Shown: positions 29,767-38,909, counted from the stretch's first letter. The stretch is 64,000 nucleotides of DNA from an uncultured virus (IMG/VR IMGVR_UViG_3300031912_000006) (IMGVR_UViG_3300031912_000006), one strand, 5' to 3'. The notes: generated from the letters alone by a model not told the origin. Numbers and translations are program-made.

Positions 29767-32700
29767 ACCTCAATATCCGGTAGTTTCACGTCAACAACTT
29801 CCACTAGCACTTCAGAGCTATAGCTAGTGCCCTTCTTCACCTCAAGAATGCGGTATGCCATCCCAGGCGGCAATATGACTTCGTTCTCACCGCTATGTGC
29901 TGATTTCCCAAGGATATTGAGCCCACGGAAGCCAGGAGGTAGCTTGTACGTGATGCGAATGTTGCCCCATGGCGGCCTATCGCGCAACGAACTGCTCACA
30001 GGGCACTTATTGCGGACAACCTTGCCTTCCATAGCCTTGATTTCATCGAAAGTGACTGAGTCACTGCCGATTCCAAACTCCCAACCGCCAGATGTACCGC
30101 GTACCACCATGGTCCAGTCGTCTAACGGCTTCACATTTGGTGAATTAAATGCGTCTACAAGAGCTTTCGCACGCTTCTTGGTCGCTATCGGATCACCAAA
30201 AGAGCCAACCTTACCTGTACGGAAGAACGTGTTGAGCGTTCCAGAGCCGGAACCGCTGAAGTTGTACCAAGCTGACTTCTGGTCCTGCGGCCAACTCTTG
30301 TGATCGGTGTACTTGTAGCCGTACTTCTCCAGGTTCGCCTTGTCGCCTGTCTTGAAGGCGTGTGGATTGGTGTACGATCCGACTGGCGCGCTGGGATCAA
30401 ATGCCTTGTTACCAAACTCTTTTGCGTGCGTCGCAGTATTCTGCCCTGGTGATGCTTCGACTACCGGCACATGGTCGTGGAGGCTGATCGTGTGCTTAAT
30501 CTCCGCGACGGTCTGGCCGACTTCGTGCGATGTCTTCTCTTCAGCAGTCTCCCAGATCACGTTGCCAGTCTCGTCAAACTCCGTACGTAGCGCGGCATTT
30601 CGCAACTGGTTGGCTGAGGCGTAATGAACGCCTGCTTCTAACGATGCGCCTGGGTTGTCCTGCTCAGCCTTCTTCTTCTGTGCCGCACTGAGTTTGGCGG
30701 CAGCCTTATACATCTCATACACGTTCGCAAACTCACCGGCTTGCTTACGCTTCCATAGCTCTGCGCCCAATTCCTTTGCGTCTGGGCCCTTTATCTTGTC
30801 CCAGCTTGGCGGCGCTCCACCCTTTGCCTTCCAGTTCATGCCGCCTAGCTTCTTGCTACTGATGGCTGGCGCGGGTGGCTTCGCCGGTGGGGTAAACCCG
30901 CCAGCCTCATTCTCAAATCCATGCTCCACCTGGGCCGCTCCTGCTGCTTTGGAAGCGTTGTCGAACTTGGACTTGAGCGATTTGAACTGCGCGTACTCGT
31001 CGCCAGTGTCGGTGCCGGCGCTGATCTTTGCCTTGAGCTCGTTGTACTTGTCTAAATCTTCCTGTGGGTAGCTACCGATTTGGTCTATGGTGTAATTTGG
31101 TGCGGCATTGGCGAAGTTCTTAGCGCCAGCCTTCTCATACTGCGCTGCCTGTTCCGCTTGGTTCTTGTACTTCGCCATCGTGGATGAGTTGAGCGCATCC
31201 TCTTTGGTTGGCCAGGATTTCGTTACGCCGCTTGAGCTTTGGCTAAACGCTCCACCCGGCTTCTTGATGGCGAAGGTGCCTGTGTCCGTTGGATGAGGCA
31301 CGACTTCGTAACCGGGAGCTAGCTTTTGGATTCCAGAGATAATCGCTTGGTCTGCTTGAACCTTCGCAACCTTCAGTTCTTTAGCGTTCTCTGCGCTAAT
31401 CGTACCAAGCGCCTGCCACTTCGTGATGTGAGTCACATTCACGTCTTGGCTATTCTCAACGTAGTTCTTCAGCTCATCGAAAGTGATCAGGCCTTTGCCG
31501 TATTGGTTAGCTACGTAATCAGGTGGCTGGCCTTCCAAAGTCTTTGCGGCTGTTGCTGCTTGGTTGGCGGCAAATTCTTCTGGGCCAACCTTCGCCGCTG
31601 GCTCTGTGAGGTGGCTGATCTTGCCTGACGCTTGCTCCTTGGCGGCTTTGTCCTTGAGCAGCTGATCGTACAGCTTATCAAAGTCAGTCTGTAGGTTGTT
31701 CTTTCGGTCCACAGCCGCCTGTAGGAACGCATCCACGTTGTTGGGCTGACTGCCAGACTTCATGAGTAATCCGGCTTTTGCCGCCTGCTCCGCGTACGGC
31801 CGCAGCATGTCCTTGTACTCGTCGTCAGGTATCGCCGAGATGCGCGATATGGTCTTGCCCAGTTCTGGCGAGTTGAACGGCTGCATACTCATGTCGCCAT
31901 TTACGAACGCGGACATCATCTTAGAGTACACAGGCTTGTTCGGCGCGAGCGGCGGGTTCAGGTCTTGGCCGAAGTTTGGCGTAAGTTTGTCCTTGCCAAA
32001 GTATTTGAAGCTCTGGCCCTTGTCGATGCCAATGATGCCCTTGTCGGTCTTGAGGAAGTTACCGCTGTGTGCGTCGTGGTTCGACAGCAGCCAGTCGAGC
32101 ACCATATTCTGTTGTAGCTCAAGGGTTTCCTTGTCGGTGAGCGGTGTCTGGGTGACGTCGTGATTCTTGAATGGGTCTTGTACGCGGCTGTACATCTTCT
32201 GTACGCTCGCCTCACGACCTTCGATCATCACCTTGTGCATCGCCGGCACCGGCAGCCCAGCCTTGTTCTGTATCCGGCTGGTCGCAACGTCCAAGTCGCT
32301 CAAGAACTTTGAGTTGCTGTAGGCGTGGCTCGTACCCTTCCACCCGCCAGGCACTTTGACGATCCACTCAACTCCGTTGTGGTCCTTGTAAACTCGTGCG
32401 CCGCTTACACCGCCCAGCGTCTTGCCCGTCCACTCCAGCTGCCCCGGCTGAAGGAACTTACTCACGACCTTTACACCGCTCGGCGTGGTCGCTGCTACCT
32501 TCTTGGGCGTCGGTGGCGCGCCTGGAGTTGGCGGAAGGGTGGCACCTAGCTGCGGCAGCATGGTATGCGAGCCATGCTCGTCTATTTCGTGGCGGAGCGC
32601 AGCGTTGTAGATGGAATTGGCGCTTGCGGCGTCGTGTGGGTGGATCTTCTTGTGCGCAGCGGCCAATTTGGCTGCGGCTAGGTACAATTCGTGGTCATTG

Positions 32701-32993
32701 GCGAATTCACCGGCTGATTTGCGCTTATACAGCTTCATACCGTCGGCAGAAGCGTTGACACCCTTGATCTTTGCCCAAACTGGTGGTACATAGTCCGGTT
32801 TGTGGCCTTTTACACCGATAACTGGTTGTGTAGCACCAGATTTGACGAATTTACCGTGAAAACCACGTGGATGCTTGATCGGGTCCCAGTGTCCCGTGGC
32901 TGGATTGAATATATGCGTTGGTTTACCAGCCGCATTCTCAACCCACTTCTTGCCACCGGCCTCTTTGATCGCTGATCCATGCGCAAAGGCCAT
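29763..32993 (-). CDS. Multidomain protein: HipA/PI3-4K-like kinase plus VIP2-like ADP-ribosyltransferase
   Basis: Kinase motifs GGVSG..WIVK, DWLLSNHDAHSGN, IDKG. ART motifs VVRG, VSSSL, GENEVILP. Confidence 0.8.
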   Translation of the reverse strand: MAFAHGSAIKEAGGKKWVENAAGKPTHIFNPATGHWDPIKHPRGFHGKFVKSGATQPVIGVKGHKPDYVPPVWAKIKGVNASADGMKLYKRKSAGEFANDHELYLAAAKLAAAHKKIHPHDAASANSIYNAALRHEIDEHGSHTMLPQLGATLPPTPGAPPTPKKVAATTPSGVKVVSKFLQPGQLEWTGKTLGGVSGARVYKDHNGVEWIVKVPGGWKGTSHAYSNSKFLSDLDVATSRIQNKAGLPVPAMHKVMIEGREASVQKMYSRVQDPFKNHDVTQTPLTDKETLELQQNMVLDWLLSNHDAHSGNFLKTDKGIIGIDKGQSFKYFGKDKLTPNFGQDLNPPLAPNKPVYSKMMSAFVNGDMSMQPFNSPELGKTISRISAIPDDEYKDMLRPYAEQAAKAGLLMKSGSQPNNVDAFLQAAVDRKNNLQTDFDKLYDQLLKDKAAKEQASGKISHLTEPAAKVGPEEFAANQAATAAKTLEGQPPDYVANQYGKGLITFDELKNYVENSQDVNVTHITKWQALGTISAENAKELKVAKVQADQAIISGIQKLAPGYEVVPHPTDTGTFAIKKPGGAFSQSSSGVTKSWPTKEDALNSSTMAKYKNQAEQAAQYEKAGAKNFANAAPNYTIDQIGSYPQEDLDKYNELKAKISAGTDTGDEYAQFKSLKSKFDNASKAAGAAQVEHGFENEAGGFTPPAKPPAPAISSKKLGGMNWKAKGGAPPSWDKIKGPDAKELGAELWKRKQAGEFANVYEMYKAAAKLSAAQKKKAEQDNPGASLEAGVHYASANQLRNAALRTEFDETGNVIWETAEEKTSHEVGQTVAEIKHTISLHDHVPVVEASPGQNTATHAKEFGNKAFDPSAPVGSYTNPHAFKTGDKANLEKYGYKYTDHKSWPQDQKSAWYNFSGSGSGTLNTFFRTGKVGSFGDPIATKKRAKALVDAFNSPNVKPLDDWTMVVRGTSGGWEFGIGSDSVTFDEIKAMEGKVVRNKCPVSSSLRDRPPWGNIRITYKLPPGFRGLNILGKSAHSGENEVILPPGMAYRILEVKKGTSYSSEVLVEVVDVKLPDIEV

Positions 32994-32995
32994 GG

Positions 32996-33391
32996 CTACA
33001 CCTTCAAAAAGCCAGTGACAGTAGCGATTGTCTTGAACCCACTAGTCTGGTCCAGCGTGTCAACGGTGTAATCAGCTTCGTAGTCGGCAAACGTATCACC
33101 AATTGCTATGTCGGCATCGTACCGGCCCGTCAAAACGTACGCACGCTTACGGCTCAGGCCATCGTCGTTGGGCGAGAACTCAAGTCCGTCAAAGGCATTC
33201 GTCTTGACAAGCGCGAAAGTCTGAGGTGCTCGCGGTGTTGGCGGTATGTAATCACGTCCACCGCCCGGCTTCGTGACTGAGTTTCCCTTAATAGGCACGA
33301 GAGTAACTTCAATTCCCTTGAACCCCAAGTACACTTCGATTGCCTGCCTAGCAGCAGCGATGATACCAGGGTCTTGTACAATTTGCGGCAT
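32996..33391 (-). CDS. Head-to-tail stopper-like protein
   Basis: PRAPQTF...YVLTGRYDADIAIGDTF pattern. Confidence 0.6.
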   Translation of the reverse strand: MPQIVQDPGIIAAARQAIEVYLGFKGIEVTLVPIKGNSVTKPGGGRDYIPPTPRAPQTFALVKTNAFDGLEFSPNDDGLSRKRAYVLTGRYDADIAIGDTFADYEADYTVDTLDQTSGFKTIATVTGFLKV

Positions 33392-33403
33392 ACATTCACC
33401 ATC

Positions 33404-33892
33404 TTACGGGTCCGTGTAGTTGTACGGGCCAAAGCTCGTGGGCTGCAATGGCACTGGGTAGCCAGTTGGTACCGGGTAGCGCCGCGCAATCTTGCCTATG
33501 CGGGTGGGGCGTGGTATGCCGGTGCCCATAAGGTCTGGGTTGGTCACGTCGCCGTACTTCAAAAGGTATGCGTCCCAATACTGCAGCATTTCCATCGCCT
33601 GGCGATGTATCTGCGTAATGGGCAAGTTGCCGCTCGGGTCACTCAGATCCAGGTAGCTAGCCGTGTCCTGTACGCGGTCGTACCAGTAGGCACGTATCGT
33701 GCTAACAATCCCACCAGTCCACCGCGTTGAAATGTACGTGGCGTCCCAGCCGTAAGTCTCTGCGTCGTTGGGCAGCCAGTACTGTAGTGTCGTCAATTGG
33801 TCTGGCGTAATTGGCGTTACGGTTGTCAAGCTTGGCAACGGCGGCACCACAGCCAACTGAGTATTAGGTGGTGGCGGTACAGGCGTGGTCAT
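33404..33892 (-). CDS. Head-to-tail adaptor-like protein
   Basis: W...ASYLDLSDPSG...QIHRQAMEM resembles actinophage adaptors. Confidence 0.55.
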   Translation of the reverse strand: MTTPVPPPPNTQLAVVPPLPSLTTVTPITPDQLTTLQYWLPNDAETYGWDATYISTRWTGGIVSTIRAYWYDRVQDTASYLDLSDPSGNLPITQIHRQAMEMLQYWDAYLLKYGDVTNPDLMGTGIPRPTRIGKIARRYPVPTGYPVPLQPTSFGPYNYTDP

Positions 33893-34137
33893 TGCACTCT
33901 ACCCCAGCTTATCTGTCGGTGGTTGTACGCTCGTTGCGGTGGGGGTGGCGGCTTGTACGCAGGCCACCCCGGCGACTGCTGTTGCTCGGCGGTAGGTGGC
34001 ACTACCGTCATGGTACACTGTACGTGGTCGTCTTGCTTGTGAAATAGCCTGGCATCATTGATGTTTGTAGCAGGCTGTACCGCGCTGATCTTCGCGCTCA
34101 GTGTACCTTCGCTGGCAAAGTCTGCGTTAACCGTCAC
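33889..34137 (-). CDS. Hypothetical protein with N-terminal NADFxxxGTLSA motif
   Basis: 82 aa, coupled to both neighbours. Confidence 0.6.
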   Translation of the reverse strand: MTVNADFASEGTLSAKISAVQPATNINDARLFHKQDDHVQCTMTVVPPTAEQQQSPGWPAYKPPPPPQRAYNHRQISWGRVQ

Positions 34138-34541
34138 TGGTACTTAGCCCGCGTGTATGCGTTCTCGACCACCTGGTTGTTCCACGCAACCTTCTCAGGC
34201 GTCATGCCGCTGTTCGGCCCAGACTTCGTACCCACCAGGCCACCGTGTCCGTCGTCAACCATCAGCGGCCATTGCACTGGGTCGTTGGCCCGGTACGGCA
34301 CGCTCCACAGGCTGCTGTCGGGCGTGGGCTGCTGGACCGCGCTCCCGCGTACCGTGGCCTTGCTTGGGTTGTTGCCCTGTGGGGTCGTACGCATGGCTGA
34401 GCGTGTCGTAGCGATATTGCCCCACGGGTTCAGTAGGTTCCGGCTAACCCCACCTTGCGCACTGCCGTAGCGGCTTGGGGTGCCGGTCTGGCGCGACGAG
34501 TAACCACGGCTACTCGCACCAGTAACGTACGGCACAGTCAT
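34134..34541 (-). CDS. Low-complexity basic protein
   Basis: 135 aa. Confidence 0.65.
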   Translation of the reverse strand: MTVPYVTGASSRGYSSRQTGTPSRYGSAQGGVSRNLLNPWGNIATTRSAMRTTPQGNNPSKATVRGSAVQQPTPDSSLWSVPYRANDPVQWPLMVDDGHGGLVGTKSGPNSGMTPEKVAWNNQVVENAYTRAKYQ

Positions 34542-34542
34542 G

Positions 34543-34665
34543 TCACTTCACCTTCTTCGTTTTCTTCACAGCACCCTTGGCCGTCTTGGTGCTGGCCTTC
34601 TTCCGGCCACCGCCCTTAACGAATGGAGCTGCCTTCTTACCACCAAAGTTACTGACTCCGGCCAT
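34543..34665 (-). CDS. 40-aa Lys-rich peptide (not in the ORF track)
   Basis: Hand translation MAGVSNFGGKKAAPFVKGGGRKKASTKTAKGAVKKTKKVK; fills the gap between genes exactly. Confidence 0.65.
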   Translation of the reverse strand: MAGVSNFGGKKAAPFVKGGGRKKASTKTAKGAVKKTKKVK

Positions 34666-34667
34666 CT

Positions 34668-35075
34668 TTAGTAGCCACCGCCAAATCCTTTGGGCGCCAA
34701 CTCATGCGGATCCACGATGCTGGCGTTGGTCTTGCCGGTGTTGCCACCCGGCTGTAGGTTCAGCTTGCCGGCACCCTTAAACCCGCCAGGCACTAGCGTG
34801 TTGTCGCCACCAGGGCTGTGCACCTGGTACTTCTGGCCTAAGTTGTTGGTACCGCTGGTGATACTGCGCTGGGTTGCGCTGCCGCCTTTGTTACCAAAAG
34901 CGCGGCCACCACCGGCTGTGCCCTGGAAACTGTTTGCTACACCACCACTTTGGGCTTGGCTGGTGCGTGTGCCCTGTGCGTTCGCCGGAAATCCAGCAGC
35001 GCCGCGTGCGCTAGTACCGCGCCCACGGTTACCACCCCTGTTGCCGCCCTTACCACCCCTGCTACCACGTGCCAT
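34668..35075 (-). CDS. RGG-rich basic protein
   Basis: MARGSRGGKGGNRGGNRGRG; AAGGAAAGGA SD. Confidence 0.7.
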   Translation of the reverse strand: MARGSRGGKGGNRGGNRGRGTSARGAAGFPANAQGTRTSQAQSGGVANSFQGTAGGGRAFGNKGGSATQRSITSGTNNLGQKYQVHSPGGDNTLVPGGFKGAGKLNLQPGGNTGKTNASIVDPHELAPKGFGGGY

Positions 35076-35091
35076 GTGCTTTGTCCTTTCC

Positions 35092-35286
35092 TTACGGGCG
35101 CTTCAGCCCTTGTGTAAACGCTTGCGGCCCAGTACTTTGCGGCCCTTGGCCAATTGGTGGGCACTGCGGCGGCGCAGGCGGGTACATTGGCGGTGGCCCC
35201 ATGGGCAAATATGGCCTAACAGCCACAGTCGGTCGCCGCGCAGCCTTTACACGCTTGGGCCGCTTGCCTTTTGCCTTGGTAGCCAT
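35092..35286 (-). CDS. Small basic Pro-rich protein
   Basis: 64 aa. Confidence 0.6.
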   Translation of the reverse strand: MATKAKGKRPKRVKAARRPTVAVRPYLPMGPPPMYPPAPPQCPPIGQGPQSTGPQAFTQGLKRP

Positions 35287-35293
35287 GGTTTAC

Positions 35294-35536
35294 CTAGAAA
35301 TTGCCCTTGCGTAGCTTGGTAATTGGCGCGTTATCGCCTTGATTACCAACATTACTCGATTGCACCTGCGGTATTACGGTGCGGTTGCCCGCAGGAGCCG
35401 GTTTCAGCTGGTTCAGCGCGCCGTTGAGCGTGTTTTGGGGCGTGCCCTTGTACAAACCGGGCACAGCCTTACGACTTTTGCGTGTAAACCTGGTTTTTGC
35501 CGGCTTCGCTGGGCGAAGTGGCGTTGCCTTAGCCAT
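35294..35536 (-). CDS. Small basic protein
   Basis: 80 aa; AGGAGG SD. Confidence 0.7.
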   Translation of the reverse strand: MAKATPLRPAKPAKTRFTRKSRKAVPGLYKGTPQNTLNGALNQLKPAPAGNRTVIPQVQSSNVGNQGDNAPITKLRKGNF

Positions 35537-35557
35537 ATTTGCCTCCTGCTGGTGTGG

Positions 35558-35857
35558 TTAGCGGGTGTAACGGCTGACCTTGGCGGTCAAAACGCCTTGA
35601 TTGTCAGGCAAATTGCGGTCCGTCACTGTATTCGGGCCTGTCACACCGCTTTTCACGTTGGCACTTTGGTTCGTAATGCCGTATGTGTTGGTAAGGTTGG
35701 TGTTTGGCTGCTTGATTGAGCTTGGCGCGAAGCGTTTGCCTGGTCCTGAGTACGCCTTGCCACCAATAGCAGCGCCAGATTTGGTGCCGCCCACCGCAAT
35801 TGGTTTGCCAGTGTTGCTGCCGCCGTCAGTGGGTGGGCTAGCCTTGCGCTTTGCCAT
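35558..35857 (-). CDS. Small basic protein
   Basis: 99 aa; AAGGAGG SD. Confidence 0.7.
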   Translation of the reverse strand: MAKRKASPPTDGGSNTGKPIAVGGTKSGAAIGGKAYSGPGKRFAPSSIKQPNTNLTNTYGITNQSANVKSGVTGPNTVTDRNLPDNQGVLTAKVSRYTR

Positions 35858-35878
35858 GTGTGCCTCCTTGTGGGATGG

Positions 35879-36589
35879 TTAGTGCCCCTTACCTGGGCCT
35901 GGCGACTTCTTGAATGGGTTGGTTAATCCCTTTTGCTTCAGCGCGGCTGTTTGTTTACGCCTATCAGCTGCCATTTTCTTCTGGTATTCAGCTACAGACA
36001 TGCCATGCGCCGCAGCAACTTTGGCTTTCTGCGACATTGAGCCAACACTTTCATGTTTGCTTCCGTGTGTTGCCTGTGGTTTGTTAACTAGGTAAGCCGG
36101 GTTGACCTGCTTACTGTAGTTTTTGCGCTTAAATGGCGCTGGCGTAAAGCGTTTAGCCCCAACACTATCCAAACTTGGCGCTAGCCTGCCTGGTTTTGGC
36201 CCTTGGTGGCCGAAATCGGCGGGTGTAGCGGGTGCCGGCAAGCGTAAAAGGCCCAACTCAGGGTGCTGTACCATGTCGCCGTGGATACCAGCAGCGTCAA
36301 AAGCCTTAAGCGGATGGGTAACTGGCTGCTTATTGAGTATTTGAGTGACCGCTGGTGCTGGTGTGAACCCGCCAACCTTCTTTTGGTACGCTTTGCCGCC
36401 GAGCTTGTGCCGTCGCACCGTGCCAAAGCTGCCCGGCATAGCTGCAGGAAACCCGGTGCCACCCGTTTTAGCAGACTTGCGTTCAGGCACAGGGTTACTC
36501 CAGCTACGCGCCTTACGCGCAGCAGCACCCTTAGCCTGCCAGGCTGCTAGCTGGGCTTTACGTGCTGCACTGAGCTTGCGCTTAGGCAT
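35879..36589 (-). CDS. Basic Lys/Ala/Pro-rich protein
   Basis: 236 aa; TAATG coupling to the upstream gene. Confidence 0.7.
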   Translation of the reverse strand: MPKRKLSAARKAQLAAWQAKGAAARKARSWSNPVPERKSAKTGGTGFPAAMPGSFGTVRRHKLGGKAYQKKVGGFTPAPAVTQILNKQPVTHPLKAFDAAGIHGDMVQHPELGLLRLPAPATPADFGHQGPKPGRLAPSLDSVGAKRFTPAPFKRKNYSKQVNPAYLVNKPQATHGSKHESVGSMSQKAKVAAAHGMSVAEYQKKMAADRRKQTAALKQKGLTNPFKKSPGPGKGH

Positions 36590-37056
36590 TAGAATGGCTC
36601 AATCGTGATGTACGGCAACAGTTGTGCAAGCACAACCACTACACTCTTGGCGGCTAGCGGGTAACCATACGCTGTCCTACGATTCAACGTGGCCAGCACG
36701 CGGTACGCATCGTTGATAGCATCTTGCTTTGGGTCGCCGGTGCTGTCTGTGCCTTCGGTATCGACTGTGATTTGTACGTCGCCACCGCCACCTAGCTCAT
36801 TGGCCCACAGCTGCAACGTGTTAATGTTCTTCTCCGCCAACGCATTCTGGAACGTAGCGCGATACACCCAGTTGCTGTCCTTGGTGATCTTGACGTTGCC
36901 GGCACCAATGTTGGGCAAAGCCTCAAGCGCGCTTTGTAATTCACCGGCAGCCGGGTGGTACGGGATGAGCGCGGTGGGCATGCTATCCAGAGCCAGCGCG
37001 AATTTGCCTGAGCCAGGCGAGTTTACGATGGCGATGATCTGGACTTCGCTGGCCAT
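36589..37056 (-). CDS. Virion decoration-type domain protein (start re-called at MASEVQ)
   Basis: LQSALEALPNIGAGNV motif is common in actinophage capsid/tail accessory domains; TGATG coupling. Confidence 0.65.
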   Translation of the reverse strand: MASEVQIIAIVNSPGSGKFALALDSMPTALIPYHPAAGELQSALEALPNIGAGNVKITKDSNWVYRATFQNALAEKNINTLQLWANELGGGGDVQITVDTEGTDSTGDPKQDAINDAYRVLATLNRRTAYGYPLAAKSVVVVLAQLLPYITIEPF

Positions 37057-37532
37057 CAGTCGCCCATGCCCCAACCGCTGCTCTTGTGGCGGCTGTACTC
37101 GCTGGACGCTGGCTTGAACTTCACGCCCTTGGCCTGCTGTGCCTTCTTCCACGTTTGGTATTGCGCGCCTGACTTCTGGGCCAGCGGCGTGCTTGGAAAT
37201 GCCCCACCACCGTAGTACAAGTGCGGCGCGACGATTGGGCCATTGGCCTCCACGTGGTCGTGGTACGCCTTGACCTGCGTGGCAATGTTGTGGACGGTGG
37301 TTGGGCGGTTGCTCGACAGCGCCGGAATATGCGCCGCTGCATTGACTTTGGCCGTGGCGCTGGCGGCTTGTGGTGCGTACACTTCGTTCATCCGCGCATG
37401 CCATGCTGGGCTACCCGGCTCATGTGGGTTGAGCATGTGAGCGCGCTCGCGTAGCGACTGGCCTGGGGAGTTGGCGCCTGCCTTCGCGTGCCTGGCCGCC
37501 AGCGCAGCGGCTCGCGCCTGCGGTGACCACAT
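37056..37532 (-). CDS. Basic Ala/His-rich protein
   Basis: MWSPQARAAALAAR...; 158 aa. Confidence 0.65.
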   Translation of the reverse strand: MWSPQARAAALAARHAKAGANSPGQSLRERAHMLNPHEPGSPAWHARMNEVYAPQAASATAKVNAAAHIPALSSNRPTTVHNIATQVKAYHDHVEANGPIVAPHLYYGGGAFPSTPLAQKSGAQYQTWKKAQQAKGVKFKPASSEYSRHKSSGWGMGD

Positions 37533-37538
37533 GGTGGC

Positions 37539-37727
37539 CTACCGGAAGTTGGTGTTGCCGTACGGCGCGAAAGTGCCTGGGCCGCCTGGCATGTCGCTCG
37601 TGCGAATAGGCACGTGGCTCATGGTGATAGCCCACTGCTCAATGGCGAGTCTGTCGGTGTTATCAACCACACGTGGGATGGGCTGTAAAGCCCTGCGAGG
37701 GACGGTCTGCCACGACATGTTGGCCAT
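37539..37727 (-). CDS. Hypothetical protein (start re-called at MANMSW)
   Basis: AAAGGAGG SD. Confidence 0.65.
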   Translation of the reverse strand: MANMSWQTVPRRALQPIPRVVDNTDRLAIEQWAITMSHVPIRTSDMPGGPGTFAPYGNTNFR

Positions 37728-37919
37728 ATCGGCCTCCTTTGCGCTGCAACACTTTTGGCGGCACCTTGCTAGGGCTAGTGGTGAGGCCTGCTCGGAGTCA
37801 ACCAAAAGGGAGTAAGGCAACTCCGGGCAGGCCCACCATTCGCTGAGCTAGCTTGGCGGGCGCGCTCTGGACTGGCTGTCCGAAAGGGAGCTTACCCTGC
37901 CGGCGACGTGGCGCGCTAG

Positions 37920-38909
37920 CTATTCAACCTTGAAGCGCAGCTGGCCTTCGTCAGCGTCCGGTTCGTCCATTGCAATCTTGTTGTGTTGCATGGAGTCTAG
38001 GCCCATGGTGCGTAGCACGATGCGCCGCTTCTTCGCGCCTTGGCGTTTGTCCTTCGCCTCTGCACGCAGCTGCGCCAAATGGGCTGCGTCACAAGCCCGC
38101 CAACGCATGCGCTCTGAGTTGGCTACGGCGACAACGGGATTGGAGGTCATTGGGTTGTCGTGGCTTGGTACAGGTGGCGCCGGTGCAAATGCGCTCGGTG
38201 TCGGCGGCGTGAAAGGTGGTGGGTCCGTTGCCAAGTCGGGATCAGGCGGTGGCGCCCCACAATCGGGGCAAGTGCCGTGTACGTCAGCGGTGCATTCGTG
38301 TTGTGTCTCAACGACTTCCGCGTCCACGACATTGCCTAGCACGCGCTGCTCGTGTTCGGCGCGGGTGAGGCGGCCAACCTCCATCGCAATTTCTTCCCAC
38401 GGCGCTTTCGCCACGGCGACTTGCACGCGCTCGGGTGTCTTGCCAATCACGCGCTCCATCAAGTATTTTGCCGCGTCTGCGCGGTCGCGTGGCTCGGCGG
38501 TCTGGTCGGTCATGATTTCAACCATGGTGTCGAGCGCGGCGTCCAGCTGCTGCCTGAACTTTTCATGCGTGCGCCGTTGATGCTCCGCGACCATCTCGTC
38601 ATACAAGTCGCGTGGCACCATCTCCATGGTCTTGGTGACCTTGGGTATGCGCCCATTGCCGTCGCGCATACGGCCGCATCGCAACTCCTCATCGTCCATG
38701 TCGGCGACGGTGAGCAAGCCGTTGTTGAACATGTCCTGGCGAGTCATCTTGCGCGCCTTGGCTTTTAGTGCCTCTTGGTCGATGACGTCTTGAAAGAAGT
38801 TCGGGTGGTCGGTGACCTGCGTCGTATTCGGTTGGTGCCGTGTGGCTTTGATGGCGTCGGCAAATATGTTGCCCTCGTTGCTATCTGGCCATTCATCTTC
38901 GTCGCTCAT
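37920..38909 (-). CDS. Terminase small subunit (probable)
   Basis: DMDDEELRCGR...AAKYLMERVIGKTP pattern seen in actinophage TerS-like proteins. Confidence 0.65.
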   Translation of the reverse strand: MSDEDEWPDSNEGNIFADAIKATRHQPNTTQVTDHPNFFQDVIDQEALKAKARKMTRQDMFNNGLLTVADMDDEELRCGRMRDGNGRIPKVTKTMEMVPRDLYDEMVAEHQRRTHEKFRQQLDAALDTMVEIMTDQTAEPRDRADAAKYLMERVIGKTPERVQVAVAKAPWEEIAMEVGRLTRAEHEQRVLGNVVDAEVVETQHECTADVHGTCPDCGAPPPDPDLATDPPPFTPPTPSAFAPAPPVPSHDNPMTSNPVVAVANSERMRWRACDAAHLAQLRAEAKDKRQGAKKRRIVLRTMGLDSMQHNKIAMDEPDADEGQLRFKVE

